Assembly: GCA_963662585.1 (NCBI GenBank)
Contig: OY759729.1
Span: 2,336,001 to 2,400,000 of the forward strand
Origin: Candidatus Cloacimonadales bacterium
GTDB taxonomy: Bacteria; Cloacimonadota; Cloacimonadia; Cloacimonadales; JAFGVF01
Length of the DNA stretch: 64,000 bases
Direction of reading: 5' to 3'
Shown: positions 30,631 through 41,394 of the stretch, piece after piece
How positions within the stretch are numbered: position 1 is the stretch's first letter
Layout of the letters: each line of letters starts with the position of its first letter
Notes under the pieces: model-generated
The model's database searches: none
What the model was told of the DNA's origin: nothing
What the model saw: only the letters and a program-made list of their open reading frames with translations
Program-made: the position numbers and the translations under genes

Positions 30631-30945
30631 ATGAAAAGTTCAAGGTCAAATATAATGATAACACTAGGAGAAAGAAAGTACTTTTATGATTCCCAAGAGG
30701 AAGTATTAAATGTATATACTCAATCAGGAAAGCTTATCAATCAACTAAATGTAACAAAAGAAGCTTGGGAAATTGATCCAGAAGAATGGGATAAGCTAAT
30801 AGAATCAATCCAAGAAAAACGCCAGCTTAATGAAAAAGAACTTAGCGAGTTAGCAGAAGCACTGCACAAGGCAACCGATTGGAAAGAAGCAAGACAAATA
30901 AAGAGAGAAGAAGAAAGAAGAGAAAGAGAAAAACAAGAGACTTAG
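30631..30945 (+). CDS. hypothetical protein
   Basis: AAGGAG RBS; 104 aa with charged C-terminus. Confidence 0.55.
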   Translation: MKSSRSNIMITLGERKYFYDSQEEVLNVYTQSGKLINQLNVTKEAWEIDPEEWDKLIESIQEKRQLNEKELSELAEALHKATDWKEARQIKREEERREREKQET

Positions 30946-31128
30946 AAAAAGATTGTAAAGTAAGCCACTTATTCAAGTTTGGTGGTAGAAATTTGGTATT
31001 TTTTATATATTATTTATATTCAAAGTTTTTTGAGGTATGCTTATTTTTCCCTTGACAGTTATACTTTTATAACATAATAATGACATTGTTCTTATTTAAT
31101 TTAATTTAACTTAAACAAAGAAGGTATT

Positions 31129-33084
31129 ATGAAAAAAAGTATTATTATTTTTACTATTGTCTTTTCCTTTGTAAGTTTATTTTCATATCCTGTATCCTCC
31201 TCCCAAAAACAAAATAGAGAAAACCCTCCAACTTCCGCAAACATCAAATATCCAGGAATTAATGCAAATCAAGTTACTGAGTCACCCGCTTTTGCTTGGC
31301 AGGCAGCTAGTGGTAATCTTTCAGGATATAAATTCTATTTAGGTAGTGATGGTCAAGGAGTGGAAAGTCCTACTAATTTAGTGAATGGAGCAGATTTAGG
31401 AAATGTCTTAAACTACTATCCTGATCTAGTATTAGAATTAAATCAGACTTACTATTGGCAGGTAATTCCTTATCATGTTACCAATGGTGATGCTGAGAAT
31501 TGCCCTATTTGGGTATTTCAGACTAAGGCTGAGGCTTCTTTGCCTAATCCATATAGAAACTATTTCAATGACATAAGTGGATTTACAGGCAATATCACAA
31601 TGTCAAATAATGGTGGAACTCAAGATTCTGGAGGTGGTCTTTCAAGTGGTTTATCTGGTAATTTTCAGACAATCAATGCTATTGGACCAAACTCTTCCAC
31701 TGATCAGTTAGTCTTTTATTATAGATTAAGTGAATTTCAGTTGGGTGATAGTGCCTCTCAAGATCCAAGTTTCCTAAGAACTTACATTTCTTATGATAAT
31801 ATCAATTTTCAAGAAATCAATTCATTGTCTTGTTATGATGAAAACTTAAATAACCAATATAATAAAATAACTATTGACTTAACTGATTATCCTGGAACTT
31901 TCTATGTGAAATTTACTTATAACATATATCACTTCTATTATTCTTTCTTCGGAACTAGTAACGATCCGAGATTATATCTAGACAACTTATTTATTAGGGA
32001 AAATAGCGGTCAGGTTATATTAAATGTCTCTCCTGAATCGTGGAATATTGAAAATGGATCAATCCATACTTCTTATAATCAAAATGTTGTTATCACCAAC
32101 TATTCAAACTTCGAGTTATCAATAGAAAACTTGTCTATACCAATAAATCCTATTTCACTAAACAACTTTTCCTTAAATAGCTCTCAATCAATAATTACTC
32201 TAGCTGAGGGATTTTCCTACTCATTTTCGATAAGTTTTTCTGCTAATGAGTATGGCTACTGTAACTCTTTAGTAACTTACGAATATTCAGCAAATGGTGG
32301 AGTTTATCCTGGTGATCCGACACAAACTTTGATGTTTTTAACTGCAGATTGCCCTAATCCTCATATATATACTTTTCCCTACTTGCAAGATTTTTCACAA
32401 TGGCCTCCCCTTGATTGGATTGCTAATGCTTGGCATCAGTCTTTAGATTCAAACAATAAATCTTGGGCAACATCCCCTGACGGTATGAGTATGAGTTACC
32501 CACTAACATTAGTATCACCCAGCTTCTATTCAACATTACCTTTGACAGTACAGTACAAACTGAGTATCCCTGATGAAGTTTGTAGTAACATCCAATTTAA
32601 GGTGCAAATTGGCTATTATCATTATTTTTATCAATTAATATCCTGGGAAACTATTGATTCTTTTATTACTTCTGAAAACATAACTTATCAATATGATGAT
32701 GGGGTGCTAATCAATCAATATGTTTTTATAAATATGGAAATACCATCTGAATATATTGGAACTCCCTTTATATTACAGTTTGAACATTTTGCAATTAATT
32801 CATCCAGACCAAAGATAACCGATTTTAAGATATTTCACAATGAAGTGAATAACATTGGAATTCTCCAACATCCTGAACTATCTATAAGCAGAGAAAACTC
32901 CCACAATGTTCTGTGGTGGGACCATATTTATTCTGCTAACAATTATGAAATTCAAGCATCAAGCGACCTAGAAAACAATGTTTGGCAACCAATTACCATT
33001 ACCCCTTATCAAGGTTATGTTTATGATGGTAATGAAGAGTACAAGTTTTTCCGAGTTAAGGCATTAAGAAATTCTTTACCTTAG
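31129..33084 (+). CDS. secreted multidomain beta-sandwich surface protein
   Basis: Signal peptide, Fn3-like YYWQVIPY segment, Ig-like/ASH-like segment, C-terminal W...Y.I.AS...KFFRVKA module. Confidence 0.75.
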   Translation: MKKSIIIFTIVFSFVSLFSYPVSSSQKQNRENPPTSANIKYPGINANQVTESPAFAWQAASGNLSGYKFYLGSDGQGVESPTNLVNGADLGNVLNYYPDLVLELNQTYYWQVIPYHVTNGDAENCPIWVFQTKAEASLPNPYRNYFNDISGFTGNITMSNNGGTQDSGGGLSSGLSGNFQTINAIGPNSSTDQLVFYYRLSEFQLGDSASQDPSFLRTYISYDNINFQEINSLSCYDENLNNQYNKITIDLTDYPGTFYVKFTYNIYHFYYSFFGTSNDPRLYLDNLFIRENSGQVILNVSPESWNIENGSIHTSYNQNVVITNYSNFELSIENLSIPINPISLNNFSLNSSQSIITLAEGFSYSFSISFSANEYGYCNSLVTYEYSANGGVYPGDPTQTLMFLTADCPNPHIYTFPYLQDFSQWPPLDWIANAWHQSLDSNNKSWATSPDGMSMSYPLTLVSPSFYSTLPLTVQYKLSIPDEVCSNIQFKVQIGYYHYFYQLISWETIDSFITSENITYQYDDGVLINQYVFINMEIPSEYIGTPFILQFEHFAINSSRPKITDFKIFHNEVNNIGILQHPELSISRENSHNVLWWDHIYSANNYEIQASSDLENNVWQPITITPYQGYVYDGNEEYKFFRVKALRNSLP

Positions 33085-33098
33085 AAAAAAGATTGATA

Positions 33099-33121
33099 AA
33101 GCCCATGGATTCCATGGGCTT
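33099..33121. terminator. hairpin terminator
   Basis: aagcccatgga-t-tccatgggctt palindrome after the stop codon. Confidence 0.7.
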
Positions 33122-33348
33122 AATCTTATATGATTAAAGTTCAAGTTAGGAGGTTAAACCCAATAATGCAGTAGAGCTTTTAGAATAGCATATTGATTGC
33201 CTAATAGAAGGTATAAGTATAATGATTTACCTTTGTTTCTCTTTAATTCATGTGACTATAAAATCACCATATGTATAAATAATCTTCTTGACTTGATAAA
33301 GATCCCTTATGATTATGGAAAAAATAGAAAAATTATGAGGAGAAAGAT

Positions 33349-34176
33349 TTGAAACTTATATCATGGAACATAGATTCATTAAATGCAGCACTAACAAGTG
33401 ATTCCAATAGAGCTGTCCTATCAAGGGAAGTAATAAATACAATTATAGAGAAAGATGCAGATATTATTGCCTTACAAGAGACTAAATTACCAGCTAATGG
33501 TCTTAGTAAAGCCCATATTGAGAAATTAGCTGATTACTTTACTGGATATTCTTATGTCTGGCGATCTTCCCAAGAACCAGCCAAGAAAGGTTATGCTGGG
33601 ACTATGTTTCTTTACAAGGAAAAGTATTCTCCTACTGCTATTTATCCCGAGATTCAAGCTCCAGATACTATGGATTTTGAAGGAAGAATCATAACTTTAG
33701 ATTTTGGAGAATTCTATCTTACTCAAGTATATACTCCTAACGCCGGAGATGGTCTAAAGAGATTAGCAGAAAGACAAGTCTGGGATGAGAAATATGCTGA
33801 TTATCTTGAGAGTCTAGATAAGGAAAAACCAGTACTTGCTACAGGAGACTATAATGTTGCCCATAAAGAAATTGATTTAGCAAATCCTAAAAGTAATCAT
33901 AACTCAGCAGGTTTTACAGATGAAGAAAGACAAGGCTTTACTAATCTACTAAATAAAGGCTTCACTGATACTTTTAGATATCTACATGGCAATGTTGAAA
34001 ATGTCTATTCCTGGTGGGGACAAAGAATAAAAACAAGTAAGATTAATAACTCTGGCTGGAGAATTGACTACTGGTTAGTTAGCAATAGACTTGCAGATAA
34101 AGTTCTTAAATCTGAAATGATAGATTCTGGAGAAAGACAAGACCATACACCTATCTTCTTGGAGATAGACTTATAA
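33349..34176 (+). CDS. xth: exodeoxyribonuclease III
   Basis: MKLISWNID, LQETK, GDYNVAH, WRIDY, DHTP; TTG start with GAGGAG RBS. Confidence 0.95.
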   Translation: MKLISWNIDSLNAALTSDSNRAVLSREVINTIIEKDADIIALQETKLPANGLSKAHIEKLADYFTGYSYVWRSSQEPAKKGYAGTMFLYKEKYSPTAIYPEIQAPDTMDFEGRIITLDFGEFYLTQVYTPNAGDGLKRLAERQVWDEKYADYLESLDKEKPVLATGDYNVAHKEIDLANPKSNHNSAGFTDEERQGFTNLLNKGFTDTFRYLHGNVENVYSWWGQRIKTSKINNSGWRIDYWLVSNRLADKVLKSEMIDSGERQDHTPIFLEIDL

Positions 34177-34181
34177 TTAAA

Positions 34182-34209
34182 AATTAAGAATTAAGAATTA
34201 AGAATTAAG
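34182..34209 (+). repeat. heptamer microsatellite (AATTAAG)x4
   Basis: Four exact copies directly after xth. Confidence 0.9.
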
Positions 34210-34308
34210 ATAAGAGTAAGATCTATCCACTAATTTCACGAATTAAGAAAATATCCCTTGGGATATTTTAATACCGACTTATAAAGTTCGTTTAAACATA
34301 ATGTTGTA

Positions 34309-34333
34309 CAGTGTAATGATGGAGACATAATAA
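34309..34333 (+). repeat. 25-bp direct repeat, copy 1 (partner 37347-37371)
   Basis: CAGTGTAATGATGGAGACATAATAA is identical at both sites. Confidence 0.92.
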
Positions 34334-34351
34334 AAGTGTAATTTCAATAAG

Positions 34352-34379
34352 AAATGGCACGACCGAGGTCGTGCCATTT
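34352..34379. terminator. terminator hairpin downstream of the CotH gene
   Basis: aaatggcacgac-cgag-gtcgtgccattt. Confidence 0.8.
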
Positions 34380-34407
34380 AGAGATTAGACTATTTTGAGA
34401 TATGATA

Positions 34408-37245
34408 CTATTTCGATAATGTCATTTTATGTGTTTTTGTTTTATTGCTATATTTTAATCTTGAGAAATAGATTCCGCTACTCACAGTTTTTCCTTGGCT
34501 ATTTTCACCATTCCAAACTACAGTATGTTCACCACTTCCCATATTTTCATTAACAAGAGTTTTAACTAGTTGTCCTTTGAGGTTATAAATATCAAGAGTG
34601 ACCTTTCCTGCCTCTTTAATATTAAAAGATATAGTAGTTTGGGGATTGAAAGGATTCGGATAATTAGCCATAGTTAGATTAATTTGTTGGACACTATTAT
34701 CATCAATAGCAGTAATTCCACTACTATTAACAGTGCCAGGACTTCCGATTCCTGCTGATGCTTGCCAGCTTGCAGCAAGTGAATTATCAAGTTCAGGACT
34801 TATTAATTCAAGAGTATTGCCATTACCGTCTGGTTCAGAAGGCCATTCACCTTCATTAGTATAAACTACAGAATCTATCAGATTTAAGTCTGCATCATAT
34901 AATCTTGTTGCATCACCAGATCCACTAAGACCAAAATCAAAATCACCGATGAAGTTTGTTACTTCAGGGAAGATTGTATTGAAGGCTTCAAAATCTTTGG
35001 TTAAAACAAGGTATGCACCAACTTCAAGACTTGTATTAGCAGGAATTTCATAAATATGTTCATCATCATCATCCTTAAAAATCCAACCGGAAATATCAAC
35101 AGCTTCAGAAGTAGGATTATATAATTCTACCCAGTCACCCGCATCAAATTCATCAGAAGAGCTATAATTAATCTCATTAATGACAACACTACTTGTTAAA
35201 GAACTATTTGCAGCACCAGGAGTACCTAACAATTCAGATGCTTGCCAGCTAGAGGCAAGAGAGTTATCAAGATCAGGATTAATTAATTCTAAAGTACTTC
35301 CAGTTCCTGCTGGTTCTGAAGGCCATTCACCCTCACTTGTATAGATTACAGAATCAATTAAGGTTAGATTAGCATCGTATATTCTGGCTGCATCTTCTGA
35401 GCTACTAAGACCGAAATCAAAGTCTCCTACGAAATTAGTTACTTGAGGATACACTGTGCTAAATCCTTCTGTATCTTTAGTTAGAACAAGATAGCTATAA
35501 GCTTCTAAAACAGTATTTGCAGTGAAGACAAAGGCATGGTCATCATCACTATCTCTAAAAATCCAACCTGAAAGATCAACAGCTTCATCAGTAGGATTAT
35601 AAAGCTCTACCCAGTCACCGGCATCAAATTCATCAGAGGAGCTATAATTGATTTCATTAATCACGATGTTACCTGTTTCTGAAGTAACATTTAGAGTGAA
35701 GAATTCAATAGCAGCTTTAGCAGGTAAGAAAGTACCTTGGTTTGAATTTTGACCGTAGAAATAGTATTCCAAATCACTATAAGCAGTTGGTATTGTAACA
35801 CCAAAGATACTGTCATTAGCTTGGCCATCATTGTGAGAACCATCATCAAACATTTCTACACTAGTAAATCTATCATAGATAGAACTACGGTAATTAATCC
35901 ATAAGTTAGTAGCATTTGTTGCTTCTAAAGTGATTGTAGCTTCTGAATTTGCTGAAATGTTTTCTTGAGCTGATACATTTACTAATTCAGGGACATCACC
36001 TGAGAAGTAAGATTGTTGTCTAAGCCATGTACATCTTGCTTCCATTAATTCTGTAATACCAATGGTTGAAGAAGCCATGGGTCCTCCACCGGTAGTAACA
36101 GTGGAAGTGATGTTTGAAGCAAATTGACTATCAGAATAAGCAAAGTTTGGGTCTGCACTTATAGAATTTGCAATTATATCTTGTATTTCATTAGCTCTAT
36201 CTTCATACCAACCACTTTCAAAAACTTCTTCCATCATGGTTCTCATGTGGGCAAAGTACATTTTCTGATAGGTTGAATTGGAAAGAATCTTACTAATGAT
36301 AGGATAAGTATTATCGTTAACATTTAATAGTGGATCTAGCTGCTTCAATGCTGTATTACTTAAACTTCCACCACTTAAAAGCCTATTAAATCCACCAAAG
36401 CCCTCGTTTAAATCCCAGACGATTGGATTAAATCTATCGGAAGCATCTTTAAAAAGGTAGTAGTTGTGAGAAAAATTTATAGGTGAATCTAGATTAACAG
36501 TTAGATTATCAAAAGCAAGCATCCAAAGATGATTATCAACATTTAGGTATTCTTCTATGTTTTCTGTGTCATTATTTAACACATCTAAGAATTCTATTAA
36601 TTCAGACCAACCATAATCAGATTTTAATTCATAATAATATTCATAAGCTGTTGAATCTGCTCCCAGATAAGCTAAAATAGACTCTTCTTGAGGCATACCA
36701 TTAGTAACAACATCTCCCTTAAAACGAATATCTCTACTACTTGGGAAATGAATGTTTTTAAATTCTTTATCAACAGATTGATCATTGGTGTATAGCCCGA
36801 TAAGATTACCATTTATATAAACATTAGCATAGTTAGCTTCACTTGCAGGCATATACATAGAGGCTATTTCATAACCTAAAGCTTCTCTTACATAGGATGG
36901 GTCTTGGTAACCATTAGCAAGTTTTAATGTTCCATAACCTTGAAATGTCTGGCCATCAATTACATGATCTAATTTAATATTTAAAGGGTTTTTAGCCTGG
37001 TTTGCGTTATAAGAACTATTCCCTTTATAACGAACTCCAACACTATCAAAGGCCACGCCATTAATGACTGCACTTCCGATAAGTCTTTCTTCATCTCCTG
37101 CTGAGTAATAAGAATCTAATATTTGATCCCAGTTACTTTCTGTAAATGTTAACTCAATTGTGTTTATGGTCTCCATGTCATAAAGGCCTTGACCTGATAA
37201 GCTACTTAGTAACAAGCATATAACAGTAATGTAATAATATCTCAT
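34408..37245 (-). CDS. CotH-kinase-family protein with two lamin-tail domains and a FlgD/T9SS-like C-terminal domain
   Basis: VGVRYKGNSS, SHNYYLF, PIVWDLNEGFG; two IVINEINY...DWVELYN...GTPG units; NYPNPFNP..TISF...IYNLKGQLV tail. Confidence 0.9.
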   Translation of the reverse strand: MRYYYITVICLLLSSLSGQGLYDMETINTIELTFTESNWDQILDSYYSAGDEERLIGSAVINGVAFDSVGVRYKGNSSYNANQAKNPLNIKLDHVIDGQTFQGYGTLKLANGYQDPSYVREALGYEIASMYMPASEANYANVYINGNLIGLYTNDQSVDKEFKNIHFPSSRDIRFKGDVVTNGMPQEESILAYLGADSTAYEYYYELKSDYGWSELIEFLDVLNNDTENIEEYLNVDNHLWMLAFDNLTVNLDSPINFSHNYYLFKDASDRFNPIVWDLNEGFGGFNRLLSGGSLSNTALKQLDPLLNVNDNTYPIISKILSNSTYQKMYFAHMRTMMEEVFESGWYEDRANEIQDIIANSISADPNFAYSDSQFASNITSTVTTGGGPMASSTIGITELMEARCTWLRQQSYFSGDVPELVNVSAQENISANSEATITLEATNATNLWINYRSSIYDRFTSVEMFDDGSHNDGQANDSIFGVTIPTAYSDLEYYFYGQNSNQGTFLPAKAAIEFFTLNVTSETGNIVINEINYSSSDEFDAGDWVELYNPTDEAVDLSGWIFRDSDDDHAFVFTANTVLEAYSYLVLTKDTEGFSTVYPQVTNFVGDFDFGLSSSEDAARIYDANLTLIDSVIYTSEGEWPSEPAGTGSTLELINPDLDNSLASSWQASELLGTPGAANSSLTSSVVINEINYSSSDEFDAGDWVELYNPTSEAVDISGWIFKDDDDEHIYEIPANTSLEVGAYLVLTKDFEAFNTIFPEVTNFIGDFDFGLSGSGDATRLYDADLNLIDSVVYTNEGEWPSEPDGNGNTLELISPELDNSLAASWQASAGIGSPGTVNSSGITAIDDNSVQQINLTMANYPNPFNPQTTISFNIKEAGKVTLDIYNLKGQLVKTLVNENMGSGEHTVVWNGENSQGKTVSSGIYFSRLKYSNKTKTHKMTLSK

Positions 37246-37346
37246 AATTCCTCCACTTTTTTTATAAATCTTTCTATCTTACTCTTTAAGACTAATGAAT
37301 AGCAAATATCCTGCACATTAATTAGTATTTTAAAAAAAAAGTTATC

Positions 37347-37371
37347 CAGTGTAATGATGGAGACATAATAA
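37347..37371 (+). repeat. 25-bp direct repeat, copy 2
   Basis: Identical to 34309-34333. Confidence 0.92.
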
Positions 37372-37589
37372 GTATTGAAGAAAAAACGAATATCTATTAT
37401 TAGAGCTTACTTGTTTTATCATATCTTAAATTATCTCTAAAAAAACAATAATTAAGATTCAAAGTTATGGCATATCGTACTTTAGTTAAGAAATATTAAT
37501 GATATTCAGAAAGTAGTATTTTAGAAAACTGTTGACAAAAATCCACACTTTTTAATCTTCAACACAAGATAAGTAATGAGAGGATAATT

Positions 37590-38975
37590 GTGGCACATAA
37601 AGTTTTAATGATAGAAGATAATAAATACTTAGCAGCCCAGTACAACATGGTATTAGAGAGACATGGATACGACATAAAAATCGTGTTTGATAGTGATGAA
37701 TTTTTTGAAGAGTACGAAACTTTTAAACCTGAAGTCGTTGTGATAAATATGATGTTGACTTACAGTACTTTGAATGGCATTCAGATAACCCGTGCTTTGG
37801 TCTATGATTACTCAACTAAAGCTAAGATTATCGCAATCTCATCTGAAGCTACTCCTTTAGAACTAAAAGAAATTCGAAAATTAGGCGTTTTCACATTTAT
37901 TGAAAAAGGTGAAAATTTTAACCTGAACTATTTAATAGTAAATATTGAAAATGCGATAAAATACTCACAGAATGAAGATGAGAATAAGAATCTCTTACAC
38001 CACAACAAGAATTTAAAAAAGCAGATATTAAGTAAACATCCATTTTTAGGTTTATGTAAAAGAGTTAAATCTCTTAAAGAGGATATAATTAATGCTACTA
38101 TCAAAGAGCAATCATTAATTATCTATGGAGCTCCAGGCTCTGGTAAACATATCTCTGTCAATTACTACTATAACAACTCAGCTCGGTTCGGAATGCCATA
38201 TATTCAGGTAAATTGCCACCAACTCTCAAATGAAATTGATTATCAATTGAGGCATAGTCATATTGATAAAAGTGAAATTATCTCACGGAAATTAGCAGAG
38301 TTAATTGAAGAGAATGATTCGGGAATAATTCATTTCGACGAATTAGCTAATTTAAGTAATGGAATTCAGCTTATTTTAGTTAAGTATATCGAACAAGCTA
38401 AAGAATCTACAAATATCCCAATTTTCCTTTTTACAACTTCTTATACACTTAGTAGACTTAAGTCTAAGAGAAAGATTAACAGTAAGCTACGAGAAGTTTT
38501 GAAAGATAACTATTTAGCAATTCCTTCTCTAAAAAGCAGAGGTAATGATTTAATTATCCTCTTTAAGTACTTCATGGAAACAATGTGTGAGCAATACTTT
38601 TTGGAATGCGATATTGAATTAGATAAATTAAAAGATGTCTTAAAAACTTATGATTGGCCTGGTAATGTTGTAGAATTAAAGAATTTCTGTAAAACCATTG
38701 CTTTGACTTATAAAAAAATTGATAATAAAGCTGTAATATCTCTCTTTAGAAAATTAACAGCTAATAAAGATTGTAACAACTGCATCCTTGATTTATATGA
38801 AATGGATAACTACAAAGAAGCAGTTACAAGTTTTGAAAAGAACTTTCTCTCCTTGAAGCTAAAGCATTATAAATGGAAAATGAGTGAAGTTTCTAGAGTG
38901 ATAAGTATAGAAAGATCAACATTATACAAAAAGATAAGTCAATTGAATATTGAAAAGGATGATAATGGCGAATAA
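37590..38975 (+). CDS. atypical NtrC-like regulator (pseudo-receiver, degenerate AAA+, Fis HTH)
   Basis: GAPGSGK, IIHFDE, YDWPGNVVEL, ERSTLYKK; phospho-acceptor Asp and GAFTGA loop absent. Confidence 0.85.
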   Translation: MAHKVLMIEDNKYLAAQYNMVLERHGYDIKIVFDSDEFFEEYETFKPEVVVINMMLTYSTLNGIQITRALVYDYSTKAKIIAISSEATPLELKEIRKLGVFTFIEKGENFNLNYLIVNIENAIKYSQNEDENKNLLHHNKNLKKQILSKHPFLGLCKRVKSLKEDIINATIKEQSLIIYGAPGSGKHISVNYYYNNSARFGMPYIQVNCHQLSNEIDYQLRHSHIDKSEIISRKLAELIEENDSGIIHFDELANLSNGIQLILVKYIEQAKESTNIPIFLFTTSYTLSRLKSKRKINSKLREVLKDNYLAIPSLKSRGNDLIILFKYFMETMCEQYFLECDIELDKLKDVLKTYDWPGNVVELKNFCKTIALTYKKIDNKAVISLFRKLTANKDCNNCILDLYEMDNYKEAVTSFEKNFLSLKLKHYKWKMSEVSRVISIERSTLYKKISQLNIEKDDNGE

Positions 38976-39984
38976 GAAATATATTCTAGCCTTTGAAACT
39001 TCCTGTGATGACACTTCTGTTGCAGTCATAGATACTAATTATGAGGTTTATACTAACTTAATCTCATCTCAATTAGAGCATAATAAATATGGTGGGGTAG
39101 TACCAGAAATAGCTTCCAGACTGCACATGAAATCAATTATGAAGTTAACTGACATTGCTCTTGCTGAAGCTAATGTTTCTCTTGGGGACATCTCTGCTAT
39201 CGCTGTTTCAGTGAACCCTGGCTTAATTGGTTCTTTATTAGTAGGACTTTCTTTCGCAAAAAGTTTATCCTATTCTTTAAAAGTACCTTTGATTACTGTT
39301 AATCACATGTTGGGGCATATTGCTGCAAACCTTATAGAATACCCTAATCTTTCGGCACCTTATCTAGCTTTAGTTGTTTCCGGAGGACATACAGAATTAG
39401 TTCATTTTATCTCTGAGAAAGAGTTTAAAGTGATTGGTCAAACACGAGATGATGCTGCAGGAGAAGCTTTTGATAAAAGTGCCAAGTTGTTAGGTCTAGG
39501 TTATCCTGGAGGCCCAATAGTTGATAAACTTGCCCAAATTGGCGATGAAAATTTCCATGATTTTCCTCTAGGCCTAAACAGAAAAGATAATTATGATTTT
39601 AGCTTTTCAGGATTAAAAACATCTGTTGCAAATTATGTGAAGAGTCAGACTCCAGAATTCATTGAAGCGAATAAAGAAAATATTTGTGCTTCACTCCAAA
39701 AAGCAATAGTTACTATTCTGACTAAGAAGACAATAAATTATGCGAAACAAGAAAAGATAGATAAAATTATTATAGCTGGAGGTGTTTCAGCTAACAAAGG
39801 TCTTAGATTAAAAATGCAAACAGAAGCTCATAAAATCAAAGCAGAAGTATATGTTCCTAAGCTTAAATTCTGTATGGATAACGCAGCTATGATTGGTGCT
39901 GCAGCCGTAAAGAAGTTCCTTAGTAAGGAATTCTCTGACCTAAATGTAAATGCATTTTCTACTAAGGGTGTAAGATACTTGTAG
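38965..39984 (+). CDS. tsaD: tRNA t6A threonylcarbamoyltransferase
   Basis: ETSCDDT, GGVVPEIASRLH, VSGGHT, DDAAGEAFDK, FSFSGLKT, DNAAMI. Confidence 0.97.
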   Translation: MANKKYILAFETSCDDTSVAVIDTNYEVYTNLISSQLEHNKYGGVVPEIASRLHMKSIMKLTDIALAEANVSLGDISAIAVSVNPGLIGSLLVGLSFAKSLSYSLKVPLITVNHMLGHIAANLIEYPNLSAPYLALVVSGGHTELVHFISEKEFKVIGQTRDDAAGEAFDKSAKLLGLGYPGGPIVDKLAQIGDENFHDFPLGLNRKDNYDFSFSGLKTSVANYVKSQTPEFIEANKENICASLQKAIVTILTKKTINYAKQEKIDKIIIAGGVSANKGLRLKMQTEAHKIKAEVYVPKLKFCMDNAAMIGAAAVKKFLSKEFSDLNVNAFSTKGVRYL

Positions 39985-40057
39985 ATTTTCAAATATATTC
40001 TTGACAATTCTAACTAATCTCTGTTAAATTACATTTATAAATAAGAAGGAGTTTAAA

Positions 40058-40783
40058 ATGAGAGTATTTCTAAACATACTGCTATTAATTGTTTTAATAT
40101 TTACTATAGCTTGCAGTGCAAATGTGTCAGGTAAGGAAGATGCCTTACAAAAAATAACTGAAAAGAATTATGAGAAAACAATTTATTGGATGCCTATTCA
40201 GAATCAGAAAATTCAGTTAGTTTATGATGAAAAAGTGAGTAACCTATTACTAGTTTCTTATATCACTTTGGATAAATCACAATTTAATGATGTAAGAGAA
40301 TTTAGTTTTTTGATTGATGAAGATACAAGAATACAATCATTTACAATTGATAACCAAGCAAGACCAATTGAAAGAATTCTTCAGTATGATGAAACGAATT
40401 TTGAAAATCCTTTAGAATATGCCTTTGTTGAAAAAATTAGATTCTTTGGAAATATCTGGAAATTCACTTTAACAGATGAAGATTTAGCTAAAGATGAAAT
40501 CCGTTTAATGGTGAAATATACTATTTCAAACCAATCTAAAGAAGAAGCTTATAACAAAAATAAAGATGGATTTACCCTTAATGGTGAATTATGGTGGTAT
40601 CCTTCAACTATGATTGATGGTGGTACTATTCAATTAGAGCTAAATATCAAAGATGATTTTGAAGTAACTTACTTAGGTAAACCATTACCTTCTAAACATC
40701 TTCGTTCTTACAAATTCTATGAACATCTAATTCAGAATCTCTTTGACGCTCCACTTTCTCTAGAAGCAAAGAAGATAAAATAA
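40058..40783 (+). CDS. hypothetical lipoprotein
   Basis: Lipobox-like TIAC after a hydrophobic N-terminus; AAGGAG RBS. Confidence 0.7.
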   Translation: MRVFLNILLLIVLIFTIACSANVSGKEDALQKITEKNYEKTIYWMPIQNQKIQLVYDEKVSNLLLVSYITLDKSQFNDVREFSFLIDEDTRIQSFTIDNQARPIERILQYDETNFENPLEYAFVEKIRFFGNIWKFTLTDEDLAKDEIRLMVKYTISNQSKEEAYNKNKDGFTLNGELWWYPSTMIDGGTIQLELNIKDDFEVTYLGKPLPSKHLRSYKFYEHLIQNLFDAPLSLEAKKIK

Positions 40784-40803
40784 TTTTTAAAGAATAGGTA
40801 ATA

Positions 40804-41394
40804 ATGAAGTTAAAAGAAATTATCGAAAAAAATAGAAGTTATCGAAGATTTGATAACGATAGAAGAATTACTCCTGAAGAGTTTAATAGTCTTATAGATA
40901 ATGCAAGAAAAGTTGCCTCTGCAGCGAATTTGCAAAATATCAAGTATATTGTCTCTAATAGCAAGAAAATGAATGATGAGATTTTTCGCTGTCTTAATTG
41001 GGCAGGTTATTTACCTGACTGGCAAGGGCCAGCTCTTAAAGAACGCCCAAGCGGCTATATTTTACTGCTTGTTAGAAGTGCAATAGAAAAGTATGCTCAC
41101 TTTGATGCAGGAATAGCGGCTCAGACTATTACTTTGTCTGCAACAGAGATGGGATTGGGAGCTTGCATAATAGCTTCAGTGAATAAAGCTTTATTGAACA
41201 ATGTTTTAGATATACCTGAAGATGAATATTCAGTTCTTTTGTGTATTGCCTTAGGAAAGCCAATTGAACAAGTAGTCCTTGAGCCTGTGATTGATAATAA
41301 AATTCAATATTGGAGAGATGAGAATAATGTTCATCATGTTCCTAAAAGAAGTTTCGAAGAAGTGCTTATTGCAGAATATTTTGATAATGATTAA
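40804..41394 (+). CDS. nitroreductase family protein
   Basis: NRSYRRF, SAANLQ, DAGIAAQ, LGACI, VPKR. Confidence 0.92.
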   Translation: MKLKEIIEKNRSYRRFDNDRRITPEEFNSLIDNARKVASAANLQNIKYIVSNSKKMNDEIFRCLNWAGYLPDWQGPALKERPSGYILLLVRSAIEKYAHFDAGIAAQTITLSATEMGLGACIIASVNKALLNNVLDIPEDEYSVLLCIALGKPIEQVVLEPVIDNKIQYWRDENNVHHVPKRSFEEVLIAEYFDND

